A DNA stretch of 64,000 nt, from contig JAFSCS010000040.1 of assembly GCA_017436675.1 (NCBI GenBank), positions 17,352-81,351 of the forward strand, written 5' to 3'. Positions 49,656 through 59,124 of the stretch are shown here, in pieces. The notes below the pieces were generated by a model. The model worked only from the letters and a program-made list of their open reading frames with translations, had not been told where the DNA came from and did no database searches. Position numbers and translations under genes: made by a program. Source of the stretch: Clostridia bacterium (GTDB lineage Bacteria > Bacillota > Clostridia > Oscillospirales > CAG-382). How positions within the stretch are numbered: position 1 is the first letter of the stretch; each line of letters begins with the position of its first letter.

Positions 49656-49688
49656 ATTAAAGCAGATGGTTTGAGCCATCTGCTTTTT
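49608..49688 (+). repeat. Right copy of the cotJC 3' end/terminator direct repeat
   Basis: See the left copy at 43891-43971. Confidence 0.9.
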
Positions 49689-49696
49689 GGATTATA

Positions 49697-51154
49697 TTAC
49701 TTATTTTTAGTTATGCCGGAGACAATTTGTTCATATTGGGATTTAATTTTTTGGGAATTTGCATCGACATATGATTGGACATTTCCGGTTTTCATTATTT
49801 CAAGAAGCATTGAGTCTATTTCTGTAACTGTCATTACATTGGTATAGAATTGTGTTTCAAGAAGTATATCCATCATTTTTTTACTGTTATCGTCCTGCAG
49901 GCATCTATTATACAACACTGCGTCATAGAACGCAGGTCTTACCGTTTCGGACGACAATGCGTTCAACACTTCTACTGTCAAGCCCGCATATTCAATATCC
50001 TCGGTATTAACCGGCAACGCCATCAAGCCGCCGGCTGCCATTGATCGATAGTTTTCTTGGTTCTCATCAAGCTTCGGCAACGGTACGATACCAAAATCAA
50101 AGGCTATATTTCTTAAATCGGTATAGTGGCCGCCGTTGAAAAGCAACAGAAGTGTATCGCCATTGATAAAGTCAGTATATTTTTCTGCGTCATAGGGTGT
50201 TATTTTCATATCCGCGCCGCTTGACGTTATACTTTCCAATTTAGTATATAATTTCGACAATCTATCAACATTTGGGGCGAACATTAATTCATCATTTTCG
50301 TTTTTAGCTGATGGATATGAGCCTGTTGATATCATCAACGCTTTTAACAATGCGTTCGGGAGTTGGCCGCCGAAGACTGATTTATCGTTTGTTTCTGTCG
50401 TTACATCTTTCGTATATTCACCCATTTTATCGAGTGTCCACTTATTATCAAGGACGAGGGTATAGAGGTCTTCTTTACCGTAATCACGGGCAAGTTCTTT
50501 ATTGAATATCATCCAGACAGGTGTTTGCTGACCGATCGTGAGGTCGCCAACTGCCCACGCACTTAAATTATTTACCGAAAGGTCTTTTATTGCGCTTTCG
50601 AGCCACCAATCTTTTGTGAAATCAACGTATGGGATATCGTTCCAATTATAGAGGACGCCTGCGGTCATCATTGATACTACGCCATATGATGAATGCGGTA
50701 CTATCAGGTCATAATCATGCTGGTCGCTATTTACAGCGGTAATTATTGCATCGGGGAGTTCGGTTCCGCTCTTTCCGATTCCATGGAAAAGCACTTCTAC
50801 ACCGAGCAGGTCTTCGATACGGCTGTTTCGTTCATATGCGGCGTCGTTAAAGGGTTCGTTTTTAAGTTCATCCGCATAGAAATACATAGGAAGGTACTCT
50901 GTATTAAACGTTTCTACAGAAGCTATTACGAATTGGGTTTTATATTGTTTGCCCTCGGTCAACTGTTCAAGATATTCATCAACTGTAGGCTCGGTTGCGC
51001 TTTCTTCAGCTGACACATCGGAATTTTCGATACTTGTTGCTGATGAATTATTTCCGTTTGATGTTGTTGACGAGCTATTATTACACGAGCACACAAGAAA
51101 CACTTGCAGGATGACCATAAGAACAATCAAGAGATTTTTTAGATTCATTTTCAT
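49697..51154 (-). CDS. ABC-transporter extracellular solute-binding lipoprotein (sugar-type)
   Basis: Lipobox LVCSCNN and a Ser/Asn-rich linker. 485 aa. Size and composition are typical of family-1 SBPs. Confidence 0.75.
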   Translation of the reverse strand: MKMNLKNLLIVLMVILQVFLVCSCNNSSSTTSNGNNSSATSIENSDVSAEESATEPTVDEYLEQLTEGKQYKTQFVIASVETFNTEYLPMYFYADELKNEPFNDAAYERNSRIEDLLGVEVLFHGIGKSGTELPDAIITAVNSDQHDYDLIVPHSSYGVVSMMTAGVLYNWNDIPYVDFTKDWWLESAIKDLSVNNLSAWAVGDLTIGQQTPVWMIFNKELARDYGKEDLYTLVLDNKWTLDKMGEYTKDVTTETNDKSVFGGQLPNALLKALMISTGSYPSAKNENDELMFAPNVDRLSKLYTKLESITSSGADMKITPYDAEKYTDFINGDTLLLLFNGGHYTDLRNIAFDFGIVPLPKLDENQENYRSMAAGGLMALPVNTEDIEYAGLTVEVLNALSSETVRPAFYDAVLYNRCLQDDNSKKMMDILLETQFYTNVMTVTEIDSMLLEIMKTGNVQSYVDANSQKIKSQYEQIVSGITKNK

Positions 51155-51157
51155 AGG

Positions 51158-52228
51158 TTAGCACCTCAATTCATTTTCGTTTACCGATATGATCAATATA
51201 TCCTCTTTATTAACGGAACAGATCACAATCAGCTTTCCGTCAACATATTCGCAGGAGGGGTACGCATAGTAGCCGCCTTTATATTTCGACGGGTAACGCA
51301 TCGGGATCATCTCATCTGCCAGAACATACTGTTCATCAAAGCATTCACCGTCCTTAGAGAGAGACAAGACAAGCGGAAGTCGGCAAAACTCGCTATCGGG
51401 GTTACTTATTACGTAATTTCTTCCGTCATTTAGTGTTCCGCAACAAAACTTTGAATGGTAATCGGTGAATTCTGTTTTTTGGGGGTAACTCCAAGTTTCG
51501 CCGTTATTGTTACTTTCGCACGCAAACAAGCAATCTGTATCGGAGCGAAGTAATGCGATGAGCTTTTCGCCGTGCTCATATACACCGATCTCACACAAGA
51601 AGACTTTATCTTCTCGTTCCTCTTTCAGATATGTAATTGCAGCAGAATCATCGAAAGAGAAGCTTTTTCCATATGGTGGTAATGGTACAATTCTCCATCC
51701 GCTTATTCCATCGTGGCTATCCGTCAAAGCAACAGAAATATTGCCGCACATCAACAGAGCACCATTATTTAATCTCATTGGCTGATGATTAGGTACTATC
51801 GGCAGTTTCAGATCGATCATTTCTGACCATTCTTCGCCATTTTTTGACATTTTATAAAACAATGTTGTATTTTGATGGTTCTCACCAACAGCAAGCACGT
51901 TATCAATGTATTCATAATAGCCTGCATATGCTATCAATCGATCATCATCCACCCAAAAGCCACAATTTGTAAGGACTCCATCGGGTATTGGATCAAATAG
52001 GCATTTCGGTTTTGACCAGTTCAAAAGATCGTCTGAAACTGCATACATAATACATTGACACGGTTCATCCTCACCGTTCAGTCCCGAAGACCACGAGGCA
52101 TAGTATTTACCATTGAATGATTTAATTGAGGGATGATGGGCATATTTGTTGCTTTCATCGTCCGCTCGCCAAACAAAGCTTTTTAGACAATTCAATTTAT
52201 TTCTGACTAAGGTACGATTATTGATCAT
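51158..52228 (-). CDS. Sialidase-fold (BNR/Asp-box-like) glycoside hydrolase-like protein
   Basis: Asp-box-like SNNNGETWS. Beta-propeller-like repetitive W/Y-rich sequence. No signal peptide. The family assignment is tentative. Confidence 0.5.
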   Translation of the reverse strand: MINNRTLVRNKLNCLKSFVWRADDESNKYAHHPSIKSFNGKYYASWSSGLNGEDEPCQCIMYAVSDDLLNWSKPKCLFDPIPDGVLTNCGFWVDDDRLIAYAGYYEYIDNVLAVGENHQNTTLFYKMSKNGEEWSEMIDLKLPIVPNHQPMRLNNGALLMCGNISVALTDSHDGISGWRIVPLPPYGKSFSFDDSAAITYLKEEREDKVFLCEIGVYEHGEKLIALLRSDTDCLFACESNNNGETWSYPQKTEFTDYHSKFCCGTLNDGRNYVISNPDSEFCRLPLVLSLSKDGECFDEQYVLADEMIPMRYPSKYKGGYYAYPSCEYVDGKLIVICSVNKEDILIISVNENELRC

Positions 52229-52309
52229 ATTGATTCACCTAACATTATTATAATACAAACACATATTATTTCAATAACACCAAAGGACGATTTTTTCACT
52301 TTGATGTCC

Positions 52310-53194
52310 TCAAACGTCAATTTGTCTTTTGTATTTTCCCGGAGTTTCGCCAACCACACGATTGAATGCTCGTATAAAAGTATATTCGTTTGAATAGCCA
52401 GTGAGAAATGCGATCTCTTTGATCGTAAGATCGGAATTTTCAAGATGTTTCTTTGCATTTTCTATTCTGAACAGTTCAAGCAGACCTGAAAAGCTCATAT
52501 TATAATACTTTTTCAATATACGCGAGAGTTGCCTGTTACTGATATGCAATATATTACTCACGTCACTTGGGGTTATTTGACGCTCGTAATTATCTTGAAT
52601 AAATTCTCTGGCAGCATATGCTAAGCTTGTTTGGTAGGTCATCTTATTCTTTTCATCATCATTGATGCCGGATCTAATTTGGTTCAAAACATCAATTACG
52701 AATGCGCAGATAGCATTACCGATCGCCGAAGGTGAATACAGATTATTCATTACAGCATATTTATTCATATATGTCAATAAAAATTTCATTTCATCTGTCA
52801 TAGTGAAACAGTAACCATCGTTTTTTTCAGTAGATATTACATTCTCAATGAATGATGCATTTGATACCCTAAATCCGATATCATATCTTACAAAATCAAT
52901 TGAATAATCTATGATCCTATGTTCACAGTTTGGTAGGAACAATACACAATCATTCTTTTTTAGCGTCAATTCTTTATTATTCATAATTATTTTGATGCTT
53001 CCATCCATAACACAATATAATTCATAGAAGGAATGGATATGGGACACTGTATTAAAAATATTACTTTTAGCAAAACTGATATTATTCCAAATTATATCGA
53101 TTTTGAACTCCCTATTTTTTGTATCGGGCATTATCCTATTAAAGTGAGATGCGTTTATTGTTACGTATTCATTGACCGTCTTTTTTTTATCCAT
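52310..53194 (-). CDS. AraC-family transcriptional regulator (cupin + HTH_18)
   Basis: The C-terminus has ...ISNRQLSRILKK... and IKEIAFLTGYSNEYTFIRAFNRVVGETPGKY. Confidence 0.85.
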   Translation of the reverse strand: MDKKKTVNEYVTINASHFNRIMPDTKNREFKIDIIWNNISFAKSNIFNTVSHIHSFYELYCVMDGSIKIIMNNKELTLKKNDCVLFLPNCEHRIIDYSIDFVRYDIGFRVSNASFIENVISTEKNDGYCFTMTDEMKFLLTYMNKYAVMNNLYSPSAIGNAICAFVIDVLNQIRSGINDDEKNKMTYQTSLAYAAREFIQDNYERQITPSDVSNILHISNRQLSRILKKYYNMSFSGLLELFRIENAKKHLENSDLTIKEIAFLTGYSNEYTFIRAFNRVVGETPGKYKRQIDV

Positions 53195-53248
53195 AATTCT
53201 ACCACTATCATTTTATTTTTTTCATTATAGCACACAAATTATAAAAAT

Positions 53249-53282
53249 AAAAGCAGATGAGGGAAAACTCATCTGCTTTTTG
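53249..53282. terminator. Bidirectional terminator sharing the aaagcagatg stem with the cotJC terminators
   Basis: aaagcagatgag / ctcatctgcttt followed by ttg. Confidence 0.65.
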
Positions 53283-53894
53283 TTAGTCTTTTGATATTGT
53301 TTTTTTCTGCCAAGAGCGTTTTTTGCAGTTCGGGCAGGTCATATATCTCGTTCTGCCGAGGTGCATAGCCACAAACACGTTACTGTATTTCGGGACGTAT
53401 TTATGGTTACATTTTTTACACTGATAATATCCTGCTTTTTGCTCTATTTTTAATGCAAACGGTGTTGCGACGAGCAGGGGGAGCAGACCGACAAGGATCA
53501 TCAATACTTTTTGCCATTCTAATATTGGGAGTATATATGCGACTATCACTGACGTGATGAATGCGACTATACAACACGCTCCAAGCACGATTTCTGCGCG
53601 AAGAAGTCTTTTATCTGAGTCTTCTTTTTGTTTTATTGCTTCGAGCAAATTCTTTTCCAATTCCTTATTATAGTTTTCCATTTTTACCACCTCTCCACTT
53701 AACAGGTCATTTACTGTTATTTTGAACATATCACACAATTCGAGCATCAATGACACGTCGGGCAACGCTTTTCCCGTTTCCCATTTTGAGACTGCTCTAT
53801 CGGTGATATTCAGTTTTTCCGCCAGCTGCATTTGTGTTAGTCCTATATTTTTTCTGCAGACGGCGATGAATTTTCCGATCTTTATTTGGTCCAT
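53283..53894 (-). CDS. XRE-family HTH protein with two TM helices and a C-terminal zinc ribbon
   Basis: HTH (IGLTQMQLAEKLNITDRAVSKWETGKALP), two hydrophobic helices, then CKKC...CPNC. Confidence 0.75.
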   Translation of the reverse strand: MDQIKIGKFIAVCRKNIGLTQMQLAEKLNITDRAVSKWETGKALPDVSLMLELCDMFKITVNDLLSGEVVKMENYNKELEKNLLEAIKQKEDSDKRLLRAEIVLGACCIVAFITSVIVAYILPILEWQKVLMILVGLLPLLVATPFALKIEQKAGYYQCKKCNHKYVPKYSNVFVAMHLGRTRYMTCPNCKKRSWQKKTISKD

Positions 53895-53974
53895 TATTTT
53901 CTCCTTTCGGATACATTATAGCGGTGGAGGGGGGAAATTTACACGAACTTACGGTTGATTTTGCAAAATTTCAA

Positions 53975-54502
53975 CTATTGGTGGAGGATATTTTCGATCT
54001 TCCTATCGATATTATACTCATTTTCAACAAGTATATAGGTAAGGTTATGTTTTATACAATTTTCGAGATAGAATTTATTATCATCAAATGCCATTTCAAG
54101 ATTGTAATCACTGAAGAGTCTTTTTTCGACTATCGACTCATATTGGATTATTTTATCGAAGTTTAGCTTTATATATTCTTCGCTCAAGACGAGGCAAACA
54201 TATTTAATTTTTTCGAGATAATGCTCGGAGAAGCTATTTTTCCAATCGAACGGGATATAGCAGCCCTCGACGATCATATTTTGGTCGTTTTCGATCGATG
54301 TTTTTATCATTTCGCTGACTATTGGCCAGAGGTAGTCTGTCAATTTATCGTCGTCGCACGGGGTGAGGTTTGTTTGTCCGCTTCGGATGAGTCCCATTTT
54401 CAGATGGTCTATTGAGAGGTAGGGGTATTTATATTTTTCAAGCAATTTTTGGGCAAGGTTTGTTTTTCCCGTATGTGATGCGCCTGTTATTAAAATTATC
54501 AT
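53975..54502 (-). CDS. P-loop NTPase / small-molecule kinase-like protein
   Basis: Walker A at the N-terminus, MIILITGASHTGKTNLAQ. 175 aa. Confidence 0.6.
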   Translation of the reverse strand: MIILITGASHTGKTNLAQKLLEKYKYPYLSIDHLKMGLIRSGQTNLTPCDDDKLTDYLWPIVSEMIKTSIENDQNMIVEGCYIPFDWKNSFSEHYLEKIKYVCLVLSEEYIKLNFDKIIQYESIVEKRLFSDYNLEMAFDDNKFYLENCIKHNLTYILVENEYNIDRKIENILHQ

Positions 54503-54519
54503 CTTTATTCCTCATTAAA

Positions 54520-54550
54520 AATACACGGGAGGACTTTTGTCCTCCCGTGA
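54520..54550 (-). terminator. Terminator after hydA
   Basis: Stem cacgggaggac / gtcctcccgtg followed by tattttt on the minus strand. Confidence 0.75.
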
Positions 54551-54560
54551 AAGATATTTA

Positions 54561-56306
54561 TTAGAAGTTATACTTCTTACGTGCAATATAGTGAGTGTGG
54601 AGGAGCTCGTGAGATTTATGGCTATTGGGCTCGCCGAAGTATTCCTCGTAGATCTTCTTTATTGCGGGGTTTTCGTGAGATTTTCTGAGTGTTTTTGCTT
54701 CGTCCTCGGAGTAGAGTGCTTTTGCTCTCAACGTTTTGGGATCGATAGACATAAGTTGTTTTGCACTCAAGATAGGTTGACCGCCACCGGTGATACATCC
54801 GCCGGGGCATCCCATGATCTCGATGAAGTCATATTGCTTTTCGCCACGTTTGATGGAATCGAGGAGCGCGGAAGCGTTACCTGTACCGTGAGCAACTGCT
54901 ACACGAACGATCTTGCCATCAAGGTCGACTTCTGCTTCTTTGATGCCTTCCATACCTCTTACTGCTGTGAGGTTAACGTTTTCGAGTGTTTTGCCCGTAA
55001 CAACTTCGTATACTGTACGCAAAGCTGCTTCCATAACACCGCCCGTTACACCGAAGATAACAGCGGCACCTGTGGATTCGCCGAGAACGTCGTCGAAGTC
55101 TTCATCGTCGAGGTCAACGAAGTCGATACCTGCGGTCTTGATCATTTTCGCAAGCTCGCGAACTGTCAATACTGCATCAACGTCTTGGAGGCCGTTATTG
55201 GAGAGCTCTTCTCTGCCTGCTTCGAATTTCTTTGCTGTACACGGCATTACGGATACAACGTAGATATCCTTGGGATCTATTCCGGATTTTTCAGCATAGT
55301 AGGATTTAACTACTGCGCCCATCATTTCGTGGGGAGATTTGCAGGAGCTGAGGTTCGGGATGAACTCAGGATAGAATGTTTCACAATATTTGATCCAACC
55401 GGGTGAGCAGGATGTGATCATCGGGAGGACACCACCGTTTTTGATTCTTCCGAGAAGCTCTGTGCCCTCTTCCATAATTGTGAGGTCAGCTGCGAAATCG
55501 GTATCGAAAACTTTATCAAAGCCGAGGCGGCGGAGAGATGCTGCCAATTTGCCTGTAACGTTTGTTCCTACGGGAAGACCGAATTCTTCACCGAGTGCTG
55601 CTCTTACTGCGGGAGCGGGTTGAACGACAACGTGCTTTGTGGGATCGGACAATGCTGCCCATACGTCTTTGATGCTATCTTTTTCGTGAAGTGCGCCAAC
55701 GGGACAAGCAACGATACATTGACCGCAGTTGATACACGGGCTTTCTGCGAGGCTGTTTCCGTAGATACAACCAACCATTGTATTGAATCCACGTTTGGAA
55801 ACGCCGATAGCACCGATCTTTTGAACCTCGTTACATACTGCTACGCAACGACGGCAAAGGATACATTTGCTGTTATCTCTAACGATAGAGGGGCTGATCT
55901 CGTCAACTGTATGCTCGGTTTTGGAGCCTTCGAAGGGATAATCAGTTACGCCATACTCGTTACAGAGAGCTTGGAGCTCACAGTTTGCGGAACGTACACA
56001 GCTTGTACATTCTCTGTTATGGTTTGAAAGAAGGAGCTCGAGGTTAGCTTTTCTTGCTTTTCTCAATGCTTCCGTATTTGTTTTTACTTCCATTCCCTCG
56101 GTTACGGGGAGCACACATGCTGCGCCCAAGCCTCTTGCGCCTTTTACTTCAACAAGACACATACGGCAAGCACCGATCTTGTTTACGTCTTTGAGGTAGC
56201 AGAGTGTGGGGATATTGATCTTTGCGGCTTTTGCTGCTTCGAGCACAGTATAATCAGCAGGTACTGTTACTTTTATACCGTCAATAGTTAAATTGATCAT
56301 ATTCAT
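54561..56306 (-). CDS. hydA: [FeFe]-hydrogenase catalytic subunit (group A, HydA of a HydABC-type complex)
   Basis: The N-terminal region has a 2Fe-2S domain and 4Fe-4S cluster cysteine motifs. H-cluster motifs are present: ITSCSPGW, MPCTAKKFE and EIMGCPGGCITGGGQP. Confidence 0.95.
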   Translation of the reverse strand: MNMINLTIDGIKVTVPADYTVLEAAKAAKINIPTLCYLKDVNKIGACRMCLVEVKGARGLGAACVLPVTEGMEVKTNTEALRKARKANLELLLSNHNRECTSCVRSANCELQALCNEYGVTDYPFEGSKTEHTVDEISPSIVRDNSKCILCRRCVAVCNEVQKIGAIGVSKRGFNTMVGCIYGNSLAESPCINCGQCIVACPVGALHEKDSIKDVWAALSDPTKHVVVQPAPAVRAALGEEFGLPVGTNVTGKLAASLRRLGFDKVFDTDFAADLTIMEEGTELLGRIKNGGVLPMITSCSPGWIKYCETFYPEFIPNLSSCKSPHEMMGAVVKSYYAEKSGIDPKDIYVVSVMPCTAKKFEAGREELSNNGLQDVDAVLTVRELAKMIKTAGIDFVDLDDEDFDDVLGESTGAAVIFGVTGGVMEAALRTVYEVVTGKTLENVNLTAVRGMEGIKEAEVDLDGKIVRVAVAHGTGNASALLDSIKRGEKQYDFIEIMGCPGGCITGGGQPILSAKQLMSIDPKTLRAKALYSEDEAKTLRKSHENPAIKKIYEEYFGEPNSHKSHELLHTHYIARKKYNF

Positions 56307-56322
56307 TTATTCTTCCTCCCGA

Positions 56323-58113
56323 TTATTTCTTTACTATTGCGCCAAACTTACATTTTTCCATACAAGCTTGACATTTAATACATTTTGCTTGGTCGATAAC
56401 GAACGGCTTCTTGATCTCGCCGGAGATAGCGCCAACAGGGCAAATTCTCGAGCAGAGGCTACAGCCCTTACACTTATCTGCTTCGATAACGATCTTCGCA
56501 AGTGCTTTACATTGACCTGCGGGGCAACGTTTTTCATAGATATGAGCTTCGTACTCATCTCTGAAGTAACGGAGAGTACTCAATACGGGGTTAGGAGCTG
56601 TTTGTCCGAGTCCGCAGAGTGCTGTGGATTTAATGTTATATGCGAGCTCTTCGAGCTTTTCGATATCGCCGTCTTCACCCTTGCCCTCTGTGATCCTGTT
56701 GAGGATCTCGAGCATTCTTCTCGTACCTACACGGCAAGGAGTACATTTACCGCAGGATTCATCAACGGTAAACTCGAGGAAGAACTTCGCGATGTCAACC
56801 ATACAGTTATCTTCGTCCATAACGATAAGTCCGCCTGAACCCATCATTGAACCGATAGCGATAAGGGAGTCGTAGTCGATAGGTGTATCGAGGTGTTGTG
56901 CGGGGATACATCCGCCGGAAGGACCACCTGTTTGAGCAGCCTTGAATTTCTTGCCGCCGGGGATACCGCCACCGATCTCAAATACGATCTCACGCAATGT
57001 TGTTCCCATCGGGATCTCAACGAGACCTGTATGCTCTATTTTACCACCGAGTGCGAATACCTTCGTACCCTTGGATTTTTCTGTTCCCATTGTTGTAAAC
57101 CAGCTTGCACCCTTGAGGATGATCTGAGGAATGTTTGCAAGTGTTTCAACGTTATTGATGATGGTAGGTTGGCCAAAGAGACCTTTTACTGCGGGGAACG
57201 GAGGACGAGGTCTCGGTTCGCCACGTTTACCTTCGATAGAGGTGAGCAACGCTGTTTCTTCACCGCAAACGAACGCGCCTGCGCCGAAACGAAGTTGGAT
57301 GTCGAAGTTAAAGCCTGTATCGAATATATTCTTTCCGAGGAGTCCGTATTCTCTTGCTTGGTTGATAGCTACTTGGAGACGCTTGATAGCGATCGGATAC
57401 TCTGCACGAACATAGATATAACCTTCGTCCGCGCCTATTGCATAACCTGCTATTGCCATAGCCTCGAGAACTGCATGGGGGTCACCCTCGAGAACGGATC
57501 TATCCATAAACGCACCGGGGTCGCCCTCATCTGCGTTACATACTACGTATTTTTTGTCGGATTGTACTTTTGCTGCGAAATCCCATTTTCTTCCTGTCGG
57601 GAATCCACCGCCTCCGCGTCCGCGAAGACCGCTGTCGAGGATCTCTTGGATTACTTGGTCGGGAGTCATTTCGGTCAATACTTTTCCGAGTGCTTGGTAG
57701 CCATCCATAGCTATGTATTCGTCGATCTCCTCGGGGTTGATAACACCGCAGTTACGGAGAGCAACTCTTTTTTGCTTTCTGTAGAAGCCTGTTTCTGCGA
57801 GAGAGTTAGCTTTTACGTTCTCGATACCCGAATCATCGTATACGAGACGTTGTACTACTCTTCCCTTTATGAGATGTTCTTCAACGATCTCTTGAACGTC
57901 GTCTTCAGTTACTCTGCTATAGAACGTTCCATCGGGATATACGATCATGATCGGTCCCAATGCGCAAAGACCGAAACATCCTGTTGTTACGACCTTTATT
58001 TCGTTTTCAAGCTCACGTGCTTTGAGCTCTTCGTTGAGTTTTTCGGCAATTACCATACTGCGCGAGGATGTACAGCCTGTTCCTCCGCATATCAATATAT
58101 GTGCGCGAACCAT
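56323..58113 (-). CDS. hydB: NuoF-like flavoprotein subunit of the bifurcating hydrogenase (HydB)
   Basis: N-terminal thioredoxin-like 2Fe-2S domain. The NuoF core has GRGGGGFPTGRKW, NADEGDPGAF and ESCGKCTPCR. The C-terminus carries 2x[4Fe-4S]. Confidence 0.95.
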   Translation of the reverse strand: MVRAHILICGGTGCTSSRSMVIAEKLNEELKARELENEIKVVTTGCFGLCALGPIMIVYPDGTFYSRVTEDDVQEIVEEHLIKGRVVQRLVYDDSGIENVKANSLAETGFYRKQKRVALRNCGVINPEEIDEYIAMDGYQALGKVLTEMTPDQVIQEILDSGLRGRGGGGFPTGRKWDFAAKVQSDKKYVVCNADEGDPGAFMDRSVLEGDPHAVLEAMAIAGYAIGADEGYIYVRAEYPIAIKRLQVAINQAREYGLLGKNIFDTGFNFDIQLRFGAGAFVCGEETALLTSIEGKRGEPRPRPPFPAVKGLFGQPTIINNVETLANIPQIILKGASWFTTMGTEKSKGTKVFALGGKIEHTGLVEIPMGTTLREIVFEIGGGIPGGKKFKAAQTGGPSGGCIPAQHLDTPIDYDSLIAIGSMMGSGGLIVMDEDNCMVDIAKFFLEFTVDESCGKCTPCRVGTRRMLEILNRITEGKGEDGDIEKLEELAYNIKSTALCGLGQTAPNPVLSTLRYFRDEYEAHIYEKRCPAGQCKALAKIVIEADKCKGCSLCSRICPVGAISGEIKKPFVIDQAKCIKCQACMEKCKFGAIVKK

Positions 58114-58152
58114 TATTTTTCCTCCAAATTCTGATTTGTTCCTATTTATTGA

Positions 58153-58518
58153 TTATTCGTTTCCTATTGTATATTCGGTGACGATATTTCCGCCCTTGAT
58201 ATGTTCTTCAACGACTTTTTTTACCTTATCGGGTGTCATTTTTACGTAGGTTACTTTTTCCGACTTCGGAGTATAGATCTCTACGATAGGCTCATATTGG
58301 CAAAGTCCGATGCATCCTGTTTGGGTTACGGTTACGTTTTCGGCAAGTCCTGCCTCATTAACTGCTTCCACGAATGCGTTCAATACAGGTCTTGCGCCTG
58401 CTGCGATTCCGCAGGTTGCCATTCCAACTACTATACGAGTTGTGTTAACGCCTTCTCTAAGCGCTACCTTATCTTTCATCTTGTCTCTTATTGCTGCGAG
58501 TTCAGCGAGTGATTTCAT
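58153..58518 (-). CDS. Thioredoxin-like [2Fe-2S] ferredoxin (HndB/HydD-like)
   Basis: 121 aa. Cysteines in GMATCGIAAG and GCIGLCQYEP. Confidence 0.75.
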   Translation of the reverse strand: MKSLAELAAIRDKMKDKVALREGVNTTRIVVGMATCGIAAGARPVLNAFVEAVNEAGLAENVTVTQTGCIGLCQYEPIVEIYTPKSEKVTYVKMTPDKVKKVVEEHIKGGNIVTEYTIGNE

Positions 58519-58554
58519 TGGTGTTTCCCTTTCATATTTATGTTTTAAATTTTT

Positions 58555-59124
58555 TCAATATTTTATATAACCGATACTGTCATACTGCTCGTTGAGGCTT
58601 TCGCTTATCCACATCAACACCTCCGGTGCCGTCAGCATCGAGCGGTCGCCGAGCACCTCGACAAGCTCTTTTGTATCGAGTTTTATACTTGTTTCTCCGA
58701 CCTTATGATGATACACAAAGTCGATCTCGGGTGAGCCTTGCACCAAGGTTACGATCGTTGACGTTATGTCGCCAAGCGGTGTAAAATCGATGCTTGTTTT
58801 TTTGAACGAGGCTACGACCTCGGTCCCGTGGGAGCCGTCCGTGGACTCATCCTTCGTTTTTGAGCTGATCGTCAGGCTTCCGCCCGTTTGCTCGGCTGCC
58901 AATTTCAGAAACGGCAATCCGAGTCCGACCTTTCTCGTTTTTCTCGAGGTCGTGAACGGATCGGTGACTGTTTTTTGGAACTCTTTTGTCATTCCCTTTC
59001 CGTTATCGACTATTTTGAACACGAGGTCGGTCTCGTTTTCGATCAATTCAATTAATATTTCCGTTGCGCCCGCTTTCACGGAATTCATCGATATATCAAG
59101 TATATTCAAAGACAATTCTCTCAT
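58555..59124 (-). CDS. GHKL/HATPase_c-type ATP-binding protein
   Basis: N-box-like LNILDISMNSVKAG, and DNGKGM and GLGLPF G-boxes. No HisKA domain. Confidence 0.7.
   Translation of the reverse strand: MRELSLNILDISMNSVKAGATEILIELIENETDLVFKIVDNGKGMTKEFQKTVTDPFTTSRKTRKVGLGLPFLKLAAEQTGGSLTISSKTKDESTDGSHGTEVVASFKKTSIDFTPLGDITSTIVTLVQGSPEIDFVYHHKVGETSIKLDTKELVEVLGDRSMLTAPEVLMWISESLNEQYDSIGYIKY

Noticed and set aside
52225-52458. 77-aa ORF between the AraC regulator and the sialidase-fold gene.
   Set aside because: It overlaps the 3' end of the AraC gene in another frame, and it has no RBS and no motifs.
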